64,000 nt of DNA from a virus. Made by a program: the position numbers and the translations under genes. This document shows, piece by piece, positions 19,726 to 28,719 of this stretch. The DNA lies in UHGV virus genome UHGV-1352914; one strand, given 5' to 3'. Within the stretch, counting starts at the first letter, position 1. The number at the start of each line of letters is the position of its first letter. The notes beneath the pieces are model-generated. The model did no database searches. It had not been told where the DNA came from and saw nothing but the letters and a program-made list of their open reading frames with translations.

Positions 19726-21858
19726 ATGGCACCTCAACGTTCTTCTGAAATCCAAATTGAAAATTACGTCAATGGCTCTCCTATTACGCCGGGCGTAACC
19801 TATAAGCTGGGCGATGCCTCTGCGAATACCGCGTGGCTTCTTGCTTCCAGTTCTCCCTGTCTCTTTAAACTTTCCGCTACCGCTCCTACCGACGAACAGT
19901 GGTCCAACGTTACGCCGGAAGAGTTCATCATCAATGGTTCGGTCGCGGGGCAGGTGATTGAGATTGAATCCCCCAATGGTAAGTACTTCGTCGTCCCCAC
20001 TAACGCGCAAGATAAGAATGCTTCGGTGGAGAGCGCACACGCGACGATTGCACTTCACCCGCTGGGGTTTGACTACGACCAAGAGTATGAGGCTCTCCCG
20101 CTGGAAGGTGACGGTCCTGTCTCCGAAGGTTTCTACAAAATCTCCAACCTCGAAAGCGGTAAGCTCTACTCCATCAATGTACACCCCGACTTGGGTGGCT
20201 TGATGGAAACGAAGCCTAATCCGGAATTCAGCTATGCGCTCTTTAGCGTAGGAGCCGATGACAATCCTAAGGCTTTCCTCGCTGGTGGCAAGACTACTGC
20301 CCAGCTGGTCTTTGTGGCGACTGAAACTTCCGCGATTCTTTCTATCGGCAGTACGATTGAAGAAGCGGTCTACTTCGTCTCCATCAGAAATTTTAGTTTA
20401 GGCTCCGGTGAGGGCGCGGGGTTTGACCCCTCCCTAGACCAGAATATCACCGGGGCTTGGAATTTCACCAACACGGCAGGAGTAGTTCTCGGTAACGAAG
20501 TTCCTTTAGTTCTTGGACAGGGAGCGGACGCGGTGAAACTCCACGGGGACGGTAATGGAGCCGCAGTCATTGAAGGGACGAACGCTTCCCACATTGATGT
20601 TGCGATTCCTGCCAAGTTCCAAAACACTGCCACTTTTGATGACAGTGTTAGCTTCGTTGCCACCTCTGGCGAGAAGATGAAGTGCATCCTTTTTGGTAAG
20701 GAAAGCGGACCTACGCGTGCCATACTTTATGAGGAAGCCAATGGGTTCCTCTCCGTTGTTGACCCCAATAACGTCAACAGTAAGTCAATGACCTTCGATG
20801 GTGCTGGGGACTTGTGGATTTACCGAAATGAACAGCATAACGGGGTGGTTTCACTCAATAGCGAAACCCGCATGTACGGCACTATTACCGTGGGCGGGGT
20901 TCTGACAGTCAGCAAAACCCTCAATGCCAACAGCGGCATCAACATCCCGCTGGCCGTGGGTGCACCGACGGATACGGGCGCGGTTAATCGCTTGTACGCC
21001 GCAGGTTTGGCTGGCGAGACGAACATCCTGACCACTAATGCTTTCCTCAATACGGCGACCATTACCAAGACAGGGACTTCGACGGTGACCCAGACAGTTC
21101 CCTACCATGTGGCTACGATTAAGATTCCACCGAGTACTCATTCGACCATTCAGGCGAGCTTTGTGGAGGTTAAGGCCTGCTGGAATTATTCCAGTTTCTC
21201 CGGGTTCTCTTTCGTTTGGCGTGCTACTGGTGCCGCAAAGCTGACCTTTGGTATCGGTCGTGGCGGGAAGACGGTTCGTTCCGACCTTTCCATAGATTCT
21301 TACAGTATTATCCCGGCAAACGATTTAGCCTACAATCACGGTGAAATTCTGGATATTACTTTTGATGCTGTCAGAGATACCCAGCGCAACGGTTATACGG
21401 TGCGGGTGCGTGAGATTTACGCACTCGATTCCACGGCGGGCTGGCAGGTGAAAACCACCACCAGCTTCATCCCCGCCAGTCAAAACGAACCCGTCCCTCG
21501 GACGATTGCCAAGGTTATTTACCAGCAGAAATCTCCGGCCAATATTGCCCAGTATGAGAATCTAGGTGCACTCTGGCTCATGCTCACTGGAGGCCAGGCG
21601 AATAATCTGTATAAAATTGCCACATGCCGGGGCGTCTCCAATTTTGAGACAAACTCCGGCATTGTCAGCTGGGTAACTGATGTGGTGAATAATTCGACTG
21701 GCGACACTTACATCAAAGCAGGTGACGGAGAGCACACCTATTACCAGCCGGGAGGCACGAACCCGGTCTTTTACGGACTGGAAGCAATGGCCGTCAGTGC
21801 CATTGAATCCGAGGAAACCACGGATTTTGTGGATATTAACAACCCCATTGAAGCATGA
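19726..21858 (+). CDS. tail fibre / tailspike-like structural protein
   Basis: 710 aa, Gly/Thr/Asn/Ser-rich beta-type composition, after tail-like genes. Confidence 0.45.
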   Translation: MAPQRSSEIQIENYVNGSPITPGVTYKLGDASANTAWLLASSSPCLFKLSATAPTDEQWSNVTPEEFIINGSVAGQVIEIESPNGKYFVVPTNAQDKNASVESAHATIALHPLGFDYDQEYEALPLEGDGPVSEGFYKISNLESGKLYSINVHPDLGGLMETKPNPEFSYALFSVGADDNPKAFLAGGKTTAQLVFVATETSAILSIGSTIEEAVYFVSIRNFSLGSGEGAGFDPSLDQNITGAWNFTNTAGVVLGNEVPLVLGQGADAVKLHGDGNGAAVIEGTNASHIDVAIPAKFQNTATFDDSVSFVATSGEKMKCILFGKESGPTRAILYEEANGFLSVVDPNNVNSKSMTFDGAGDLWIYRNEQHNGVVSLNSETRMYGTITVGGVLTVSKTLNANSGINIPLAVGAPTDTGAVNRLYAAGLAGETNILTTNAFLNTATITKTGTSTVTQTVPYHVATIKIPPSTHSTIQASFVEVKACWNYSSFSGFSFVWRATGAAKLTFGIGRGGKTVRSDLSIDSYSIIPANDLAYNHGEILDITFDAVRDTQRNGYTVRVREIYALDSTAGWQVKTTTSFIPASQNEPVPRTIAKVIYQQKSPANIAQYENLGALWLMLTGGQANNLYKIATCRGVSNFETNSGIVSWVTDVVNNSTGDTYIKAGDGEHTYYQPGGTNPVFYGLEAMAVSAIESEETTDFVDINNPIEA

Positions 21859-22247
21859 ACAACGCAGAAATACAAATCCTATTCCCTACACCCGGCGACT
21901 GGACCAAGCTCATTATGAGCGTAATCTACGTAGACACACTGGGCTTTACGCACATCGACCAATACGATGAGACCACGATGCCGAAGGAGCAGATACCCGC
22001 AATGGTCAAGGCTATCGAGGCCATTGCCGCTCTCGATGAACAGTGGCAAGCATGCCAAGTCTGGGCACGAATGGGATGGGTTCCTTCCCCTTCCGACCCT
22101 GCTGACAAGGCCCCCGCAATCCTTCTGACTGTCGAGGCTACCGGGGATTCCGGGGGTACAAAAATATTTACTCCTGACCAATATCCCCAGTTCGTACTGA
22201 CCGATAGCGGCACGCTATCCTTCTTCAACTTCTTCACCAAAGGATGA
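21855..22247 (+). CDS. hypothetical protein
   Basis: 130 aa, ATGA overlap with preceding gene; last gene before terminator 22308-22340. Confidence 0.45.
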   Translation: MNNAEIQILFPTPGDWTKLIMSVIYVDTLGFTHIDQYDETTMPKEQIPAMVKAIEAIAALDEQWQACQVWARMGWVPSPSDPADKAPAILLTVEATGDSGGTKIFTPDQYPQFVLTDSGTLSFFNFFTKG

Positions 22248-22307
22248 TAATCATGAGTTTACTCGAACTTCTCGACCTACTTGGCTGGAAGCGCAAGTAG
22301 CACATTT

Positions 22308-22340
22308 CCCCGGAGGGGTTATCCTCCGGGGATTTTTATT
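22308..22340 (+). terminator. rho-independent terminator ending first structural block
   Basis: CCCCGGAGG-GGTTAT-CCTCCGGGG then ATTTTTATT. Confidence 0.65.
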
Positions 22341-22351
22341 AAAATAATTTC

Positions 22352-22379
22352 TTGACAAGTAATAAAATTCTGATAAGGT
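22352..22379 (+). promoter_or_regulatory. promoter TTGACAAGTAATAAAATTCTGA-TAAGGT (same family as leftward early-arm promoters)
   Basis: -35 22352-22357, -10 22374-22379; matches minus-arm consensus TTGACAA(A)GTAATAAAATC. Confidence 0.5.
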
Positions 22380-22385
22380 GGTGGC

Positions 22386-23012
22386 ATGTCAGAGACATCA
22401 AACACCAAACAGAAGGACGGCCATAATGTTATTATGGTCGATAAGCAGAATGGATTAACCCTCGTTCTGGCCAGCCATAGGGTTCGCATTCCCAACGAGG
22501 AAATTAAAGGAAGGGTTGAAGACCTTGCGGTTATCGAGAACCCGTGCACCGTTACGACGAACCTTCCGGCTAAGAACGAATTCAGTTTTCGTGATGAATC
22601 CGTAGAAACATCGGAAGCAGTTGAGAAGGCATTCGACGACGCATGCCTAGAAGAAAACCAACTGTTCTGCCCTATCTGTGGAGGCCTACTAAGAGAAGAA
22701 CATCGCGGCAACTACGTGTTCGTAGAGTGCATGAGTTGCTCGCTGGCCGTGCAGGGGAGTGATGACGATGACCCGGAGACAGCCTGTGAAGAGGCATGGA
22801 GAGAGGCTCGATTCTTCCTCGACAGTTGTCCTCCGGTTCTGCGTCTTCAACCCGGCGATAAGTTGCATTTTATCGACAGGCCTCTTAAATATCAGTATTA
22901 CGCCGTAGTTACGGACGTTGATGTGAAGGATAGCTGGATAAGGACCGACAAGGGTTCATGTCGCCCTGACGACGTGCTTAAATGGCCGTGGGAAATTAAA
23001 CAAGCAGAATAA
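22386..23012 (+). CDS. Zn-ribbon containing hypothetical protein
   Basis: 208 aa; CPICGG...CMSCS zinc-ribbon pair; ATG 6 nt after -10 of promoter 22352-22379 (leaderless). Confidence 0.5.
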   Translation: MSETSNTKQKDGHNVIMVDKQNGLTLVLASHRVRIPNEEIKGRVEDLAVIENPCTVTTNLPAKNEFSFRDESVETSEAVEKAFDDACLEENQLFCPICGGLLREEHRGNYVFVECMSCSLAVQGSDDDDPETACEEAWREARFFLDSCPPVLRLQPGDKLHFIDRPLKYQYYAVVTDVDVKDSWIRTDKGSCRPDDVLKWPWEIKQAE

Positions 23013-23014
23013 CC

Positions 23015-23476
23015 ATGAACACGTTGCATCTATCTATCGCGCAATACTTCGCGCTTGCGGCTCTTTTCGTGCTTGCGGGCGTAGCTTTCCGCGCCTTGGG
23101 AGGGAGTGCCTCCACCGCAATGGCCAACAGGCTGAAAGCTCACTGGAAGCTCATTAGCATTGAGACCAATAGCTACCGGACAAGAGGAAGCGAGTACACT
23201 CTATATGAGCGCAATGAAATGAATGATATGTACAACCGCCTCTTTGATGCCGCTACCCTGTGGATTATTGTTGGACTAGTCGGACTGACGGTAAGTATTA
23301 TTGTTGAGTGCCTCTTCACGCTTCCCGCGCCTCCGCTCTATGTCCTCTCCCTCCTCACTGCATGGATTGCCGCATGGTATCTCTTTGTGGTCATAGCTTA
23401 CTACATAAGCATGGCGGTGATTATGCAGATGACCCAATATAACCTCTATCGTCAATACCCAAAAATTAAATTCTAA
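23015..23476 (+). CDS. hypothetical membrane protein
   Basis: 153 aa with 3 hydrophobic helices. Confidence 0.45.
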   Translation: MNTLHLSIAQYFALAALFVLAGVAFRALGGSASTAMANRLKAHWKLISIETNSYRTRGSEYTLYERNEMNDMYNRLFDAATLWIIVGLVGLTVSIIVECLFTLPAPPLYVLSLLTAWIAAWYLFVVIAYYISMAVIMQMTQYNLYRQYPKIKF

Positions 23477-23886
23477 TGAAGAAGTACGAAGTAAAACTTG
23501 GAATGATTGTCCGCGTCAATCATGGTCCCTGTGGCCGCGTCGTGGAAATCGACAACGAACGGGCTACCTACCCGTACAAGGTACGCTATTCGGGAGAATT
23601 AGTGGAGTGGGCCTCCGCTGACCAGATGGAAGAAGTGTTAGATGCACCGGAGGAATCTGTCCGTGCCGTTTGCAATAACACCACTAAACCTCGGCAACCA
23701 TTCAAGAGAGGCGATAGGGTACAATACGTTCCTCGTGGCTGGGTAAGCTACGAAGAAGAACCTATCCCCTTTCAGGAGTACGCGGTTTACAACGATGAAG
23801 ACAACGACGGCTGGGTATGTATTGACGGAGTGACCACCAGCTACTTCAACAGTGTTAAGTACTTTGACCTTAAACTAATCGACTAG
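23476..23886 (+). CDS. hypothetical protein
   Basis: 136 aa; ATGA start-stop overlap with previous. Confidence 0.45.
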   Translation: MKKYEVKLGMIVRVNHGPCGRVVEIDNERATYPYKVRYSGELVEWASADQMEEVLDAPEESVRAVCNNTTKPRQPFKRGDRVQYVPRGWVSYEEEPIPFQEYAVYNDEDNDGWVCIDGVTTSYFNSVKYFDLKLID

Positions 23887-23888
23887 CC

Positions 23889-24005
23889 ATGAGCACAACT
23901 CTATTTATTAGTATCTCGGACATCATCGCATGGGCGGCTATTGTTCTGTGCGTACTCGTCCTTCTCGCCCTGTGGGCCGTTGAAACCATCAATAAAAAAA
24001 ATTAA
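23889..24005 (+). CDS. 38-aa single-TM peptide (unannotated small ORF)
   Basis: ATG 23889, MSTTLFISISDIIAWAAIVLCVLVLLALWAVETINKKN, stop TAA 24003-24005; below ORF-track length cutoff. Confidence 0.25.
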   Translation: MSTTLFISISDIIAWAAIVLCVLVLLALWAVETINKKN

Positions 24006-24009
24006 AAAA

Positions 24010-25059
24010 ATGAAAGCCGAAGATTTAGGTTGTCCTTTCTGCAAACACCATAACCTCCCGGAATCCACGGAACCCTGTGCATCCTGTGACATGTATTTCA
24101 GTAACTATGAACCAATGGATACCGTGGATACCGTGGATACCGTGGATACCGTGGATACCGGGTTTCACCGGAGTTGCTCCCACTGCATCTACCGTAAAAC
24201 CCCGCTGACGCAATTCCCCTGCATGAAATGTGCCGTCACTCCCGGACTTCCCTGCTACGCCACGGATTACCCGTGGGTAGAAGAGGAAAAGGAAGGTGAG
24301 CAGTTGCCGGAATCCATGACCCCTTGTACGAGTTGCAAGCACGCGAAAGAGGCCAAGGAAGGAGAGCAGTTGCCGGAATCCGTGGATGAACCCGTAAGCT
24401 ATGTTCTCCCCTCCTGTGATGATTGCAGGTATTTGACGAGACGGCTGGAAGAGGAACCCTGCCTCTCCTGCTACAAAGCTTCGAACTTCACTATCATCAA
24501 GGAACCCGTGGATGGCACGGATGAGAATGATGATGTCATTGAACCTTGCAATAGTTGTGTCCATAGGGATAACCTCCGTTGCAATCCTCCATGCTCTCAT
24601 TGCCGACAGGAGCGGGGAATTGAGTACCCGGAATATGAAGAGGATGAGCAGGGAATAGATTGCCCGGAATATGAAGAGGCTGAACCGGGAATAGATTGCC
24701 CAGAATATGAAGAGGATGAACCGGGAATAGATTGCCCGGAATATGAGGACAAGGCTTCTGGGTACAAAGGAATCGTGCCAAAGCATATTACCGATATGTT
24801 TATTGAACGAATGAGGGAAAATGTACTACGGCTCGCCGACGAATATAACTCCTGCCCCCGCCCCCGTTACTGCCCGTATTGTGGAGAAGTGCCGGAGGTC
24901 GTAGAGGAAACCATCTACCCCGGAGAAAAGCATTGCTACGTTGTCTGCAATGGAGCCAATCTCCTTCCTCATAGCATCAGCGTTCATGGCAGGAGCCGGG
25001 AAGAAGCGGTCGCCAACTGGAATAGCTTCGCCTTATCTCTGGCCAATAAAGGAAAATGA
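24010..25059 (+). CDS. Cys-rich multi-zinc-ribbon protein with internal tandem repeats
   Basis: ORF-track start 23941 is TTG; first ATG at 24010 (MKAEDLGCPFCKHH); >12 CxxC pairs; DTV x4.5, EGEQLPES x2, GIDCPEYEE x3.5 repeats. Confidence 0.5.
   Translation: MKAEDLGCPFCKHHNLPESTEPCASCDMYFSNYEPMDTVDTVDTVDTVDTGFHRSCSHCIYRKTPLTQFPCMKCAVTPGLPCYATDYPWVEEEKEGEQLPESMTPCTSCKHAKEAKEGEQLPESVDEPVSYVLPSCDDCRYLTRRLEEEPCLSCYKASNFTIIKEPVDGTDENDDVIEPCNSCVHRDNLRCNPPCSHCRQERGIEYPEYEEDEQGIDCPEYEEAEPGIDCPEYEEDEPGIDCPEYEDKASGYKGIVPKHITDMFIERMRENVLRLADEYNSCPRPRYCPYCGEVPEVVEETIYPGEKHCYVVCNGANLLPHSISVHGRSREEAVANWNSFALSLANKGK
24118..24160 (+). repeat. 9-bp coding tandem repeat GATACCGTG x4.5 (DTV)n
   Basis: read directly. 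Confidence 0.8.
24634..24752 (+). repeat. ~30-bp coding tandem repeat x3.5 (GIDCPEYEE units)
   Basis: GGAATAGATTGCCCGGAATATGAAGAGG repeated. Confidence 0.75.
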
Positions 25060-25246
25060 GCAACCACTGGATAACCATTAGCGGGGGAGGATTCGTCCTC
25101 CCCATTAACTCCATTCTAGTCATGGATGAAGAACTCGCCGCATAACTTACAATCAAAGACATGTACACATTAACTGGATTCCTTCTCGGCCTTTTATTCT
25201 ACTACCTCGTCGAGAACAACGATAACGACAACGACCCTATCCCTGC

Positions 25247-25723
25247 ATGAAAATAAATAGAAGAGGACTAATCGTTCATCCCGGCCTGAAGCATCCGAGA
25301 CGGCCTCGGCATAGTACTCCCCCGGTAAAGAACATCCCGAAGGGCTACATTGCCACCGGGGAGATTGCCAATAAAATCGGACGCAGTTCCGTATGGGTAA
25401 TCCACGCCCTGAACCGATTGAAGGTTGAACACGTGCGTTGCGGGCATACCATCTATTGGGAAGGGAAAGGAGCCGAGGAATATATCGGCACACAAGTGCG
25501 GGGATTATATGACAGTATCCCGGAGGGGTATGTTGATGTAGCCACCGCATTGGAGACTACGGGCTTGAAGTCGCCGGGATACCTAACTACCCTGTTTAAG
25601 CGGGGCAAAGTTCAGCGTGTGCGGTATCGTGATGAAAGCGACCCCCGTGGCCGTAGGACACGATTCGCGTACAAACTGGTTGACTTGTTGTCCCATTTAG
25701 GATTAAATGGGGAAGTCCTATGA
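25247..25723 (+). CDS. hypothetical DNA-binding protein (HTH-like)
   Basis: 158 aa basic; GYIATGEIANKIGRSSVWVIHAL resembles HTH. Confidence 0.4.
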   Translation: MKINRRGLIVHPGLKHPRRPRHSTPPVKNIPKGYIATGEIANKIGRSSVWVIHALNRLKVEHVRCGHTIYWEGKGAEEYIGTQVRGLYDSIPEGYVDVATALETTGLKSPGYLTTLFKRGKVQRVRYRDESDPRGRRTRFAYKLVDLLSHLGLNGEVL

Positions 25724-26073
25724 GAACCACGTATTCTACAACTAGAACCGTACAGAAGGGCCAGAGCAATCAACAGGCATTGCTCGGTCTCCTTCTGAAC
25801 ATTGACCTCCTTGACTCCTCCCTTACCGCGGATGGCGTCCGTGTCCTTCTGTACATGCACGCCAACGGATTTGAGAAGGAGTACGACAGTCCCTCAATTA
25901 GCGAGGGAACTCGCATCCATATATCTTCTCTTTACTACGTCCTGCGCAAGCTGGAAGAGAAAGAATATATCACGTATTCCGGGGTTAGGGGTTCGAGGAA
26001 ACAAAGCAAGAGCCAATTAACCTCGAAGGGTATCACCTTCTGCCGGGACGTCTTCCGGCCACAAACAATCTAA
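25720..26073 (+). CDS. winged-helix (MarR/PadR-like) regulator, tentative
   Basis: 117 aa; YYVLRKLEEKEYITYSG resembles wHTH recognition helix plus wing; ATGA overlap with previous. Confidence 0.4.
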   Translation: MRTTYSTTRTVQKGQSNQQALLGLLLNIDLLDSSLTADGVRVLLYMHANGFEKEYDSPSISEGTRIHISSLYYVLRKLEEKEYITYSGVRGSRKQSKSQLTSKGITFCRDVFRPQTI

Positions 26074-26081
26074 TCAACAGC

Positions 26082-26516
26082 ATGGAAACAAATAATCTCA
26101 ATGAACAGACGGAAGTCGCGGTCAAGCTCTACAACATGGCCGAACTTTCCACCCCGTGGGACCAGCTCACGGCTGACAAGAAGAAGCCCTACATGAATAT
26201 GGCGGGCAAACTAATCAAGGGAGAGGCTGACATTTTTGCCCAGCTGACGGCGAAGTACTGTGTCCAGCTTGGCGTACCTAGCAAGTACAAGACCATCATC
26301 TCCGGGATTATCAGTGCCGCCCTTGGTGCTTTAGCTATGTTTGGAGCGTTGGGGCAGAGCAGTTGTACCTACGCGGATGTGAGTAAGGACCGCGCAGTTA
26401 TCTGCAATGGCGATGGTTGTGTAATCGTTAGCCCCGGAAGGTTGACGTTTACGCAGGAACAACCTAAGAGCGAAGTTGCTCCCGTCGTTATCCCCAGCAA
26501 GGAATTCTGCAAATAG
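26082..26516 (+). CDS. hypothetical protein
   Basis: 144-aa ORF, internal hydrophobic segment. Confidence 0.4.
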   Translation: METNNLNEQTEVAVKLYNMAELSTPWDQLTADKKKPYMNMAGKLIKGEADIFAQLTAKYCVQLGVPSKYKTIISGIISAALGALAMFGALGQSSCTYADVSKDRAVICNGDGCVIVSPGRLTFTQEQPKSEVAPVVIPSKEFCK

Positions 26517-26518
26517 CT

Positions 26519-27079
26519 ATGGCTCAAGAGTACAGTGAGATTCCACAAGCTCCTGACCTCTTTAATCATCCCGTACCCTCGGTTCCCGTGGGTACGGAGA
26601 TGCTTAATGAGGCCCCGCCGTTTGATTCAATGCCGGACCCGATTGCCCCGGTTTATGGAGAGAGCGACATCGGGGTGTTCCATACCCCTGTGTATAATGA
26701 CGACCCCCTCATGCGCAACCGGGAAGAGAGCATGTTCTCCGTCGTGTATGACCCCACGGATTCCGGACCTAACGCGGCGGTCATGTTTGTGGCTGGGGTT
26801 ATTGTATCTGGAAGCGCAGTTTTTAACATAGGTGGTGCTCCCGGAAATTTACACCCCGTAGCCAGCGGAGAAAGGGCACCCCTTGATGATGATATTATAT
26901 GGTATCTTAACGTCAATAGAGATGATTATGGTCTGTCTATGGTAAGTAGTGTGCCATCGCCGGATGCCTTCTTTTCTCTTCCCGTAGCTCGAACTCGAAA
27001 AGGAACCAACGGGTACATTCAGCAATTACACAGAGGGGCCGTATTCATTGGTTCTGAATTTGTCTTTGGTCCTGCTTAA
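26519..27079 (+). CDS. hypothetical protein
   Basis: 186-aa ORF. Confidence 0.4.
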   Translation: MAQEYSEIPQAPDLFNHPVPSVPVGTEMLNEAPPFDSMPDPIAPVYGESDIGVFHTPVYNDDPLMRNREESMFSVVYDPTDSGPNAAVMFVAGVIVSGSAVFNIGGAPGNLHPVASGERAPLDDDIIWYLNVNRDDYGLSMVSSVPSPDAFFSLPVARTRKGTNGYIQQLHRGAVFIGSEFVFGPA

Positions 27080-27091
27080 CCTCCCAAACCC

Positions 27092-27844
27092 ATGACCTAC
27101 ATCTATATATTCACTTACAGAAGAGACCAGCCAGATGCGCTGGAATGTGTACGTTGCACGAGAAAAACTCTCCCCCATGCAGTTATTACTGTAGTCGACG
27201 ATGGAAATTCCCCATGTACGGAAGGCGCAGAAACCCAGTTCCTACAGGCTGGAGCCACACATTATGAGCAAAGCCAATTTAATCGAAGGGGAAATCTTAA
27301 CGGTCCCGAATGTGTGCGAGGCATCCTCTCCTACCTAGCACAAAAGGCCGAAGACGAAGACATTGTGATAAAGCTAGATTCCGATACTTGTCTCCTTTCT
27401 ACTGACTGGATTGAAGACATGCTAGCGCAGGGGAAGAGCATGGCTGGATGTAGCTCACGCTATACTACATGGAAGAACATTTACTATATACACGGAACAT
27501 GTTATGCCATGACGGGGAAGCTGGCAAAGCAAGCATTTCAGAAATCTTTGTCTTGGACAGATTGGTCAGAAACGGCTCCGGAAGATTTAGAGATATATCG
27601 ACTGGCTTCCACTATCGTGGGAGAGGAAAACATTCTTAAAGAGTTCCCTTGGACGCCATCGACCCCTTCGGCAAGATGGACGGCATGGAACTGGGTGAGC
27701 TTCACCGTAACTCCGGAAAAGTATAAACACTTTTCGGTGGTCACCTTCGGTATGTTTATGCCCTCCTACAAGCCGAGAAGCCTTAGGGCATTAGCCATGA
27801 AGGAGTTACGTGAATGTGTCTATCCTTCTGACAATTCAATGTAG
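27092..27844 (+). CDS. GT-A fold glycosyltransferase-like protein
   Basis: 250 aa; AVITVVDDGNS and IKLDSDT (DxD) resemble family-2 glycosyltransferase signatures. Confidence 0.4.
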   Translation: MTYIYIFTYRRDQPDALECVRCTRKTLPHAVITVVDDGNSPCTEGAETQFLQAGATHYEQSQFNRRGNLNGPECVRGILSYLAQKAEDEDIVIKLDSDTCLLSTDWIEDMLAQGKSMAGCSSRYTTWKNIYYIHGTCYAMTGKLAKQAFQKSLSWTDWSETAPEDLEIYRLASTIVGEENILKEFPWTPSTPSARWTAWNWVSFTVTPEKYKHFSVVTFGMFMPSYKPRSLRALAMKELRECVYPSDNSM

Positions 27845-27895
27845 CAGGACAACTGGCTTATCGATTCCGTACATCGAAATGTCAGGACGTTAAAT

Positions 27896-27952
27896 CCCAC
27901 GGAACCCACGGAACCCACGGCCAAATGGCCACAATGGGTTCCGTGGGTTCCC
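27896..27952. repeat. imperfect cruciform: (CCCACGGAA)x3 facing GTTCCGTGGGTTCC
   Basis: left arm 27896-27920, spacer with GGCCAAATGGCC, right arm 27936-27952; intergenic. Confidence 0.7.
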
Positions 27953-28004
27953 TTGTGTCTCGCCCACAGGCGTGTGCGGCTGTGTCATACCAGTTAAAAA
28001 TTTC

Positions 28005-28032
28005 TTGACCAGAAGCTTTTCCTGTGTATGAT
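28005..28032 (+). promoter_or_regulatory. sigma70-type promoter TTGACC-N16-TATGAT with upstream TGTGTCATAC box
   Basis: -35 28005-28010, -10 28027-28032; TGTGTCATAC 27981-27990 at same distance as in minus-arm units. Confidence 0.5.
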
Positions 28033-28039
28033 AGCGGGC

Positions 28040-28705
28040 ATGGACAACAACTTCCATTATATTATTAGCGCGTATAACCCTTCCCTCCATTGGCCGGAGA
28101 GGGAATCAAACCTAATCCACTACACGGTCAATTATCTTAAATCCCTGAACATTTCCGGCGAGAACGTTACCGTCATGTCCGAGGACCTCGGCGTTCTCTC
28201 ATGGGCCAGAGCGGAGGGGCTGAACGTGGCCCGTGTCCCTGACGCGCCTGACGAGGCTATCCTCTCCATCGCCGCAGAGCATGCGGGAAAGAATATCATG
28301 GTGCTCGACACCCAATGCCCGGTACGCGAAGCGGACCTCCTTGACGTTATGGCCAGCCAAATTGTCACCGAGAAGGATGTCATCTTCATCTCTGCCTACA
28401 TGGGATTGAAGCGGACGAACGTCGAAGACTACCCAGAATGGACTGGCATCGTTGATGGTAGCGTGTGGGGGTTCCGGCACGATAGCGACCTTAAGGTCAT
28501 TAAGAGGATGTGCAATACCTACCTCGTCTATCATGACGCGTTCGCTGGTCACTTCGGGGTGAGCCTCGATTACCAGTACGATAAAGATGTACTGGACGTC
28601 GCCGTGAAACGCGGCTGGGAAAAGAACGCGAGCACCGCCCCCTGTTCTGCGGATTATCCCCGGCGCGTACAAGTTATGGTTGACAAACCTAAACAAAATG
28701 TCTAA
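28040..28705 (+). CDS. nucleotidyl/cytidylyltransferase-like protein (tentative)
   Basis: ATG 28040 is 7 nt after -10 TATGAT (ORF-track ATG 28028 lies inside the -10); IMVLDTQCPVREADLLDVMAS resembles NeuA/KdsB-type sugar nucleotidyltransferases. Confidence 0.35.
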   Translation: MDNNFHYIISAYNPSLHWPERESNLIHYTVNYLKSLNISGENVTVMSEDLGVLSWARAEGLNVARVPDAPDEAILSIAAEHAGKNIMVLDTQCPVREADLLDVMASQIVTEKDVIFISAYMGLKRTNVEDYPEWTGIVDGSVWGFRHDSDLKVIKRMCNTYLVYHDAFAGHFGVSLDYQYDKDVLDVAVKRGWEKNASTAPCSADYPRRVQVMVDKPKQNV

Positions 28706-28719
28706 GCTTTATTCACCAC

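Noticed and set aside
28028-28039. ORF-track start ATG at 28028 for the 28028..28705 gene
   Set aside because: That ATG is part of the TATGAT -10 hexamer; first transcribed ATG is 28040
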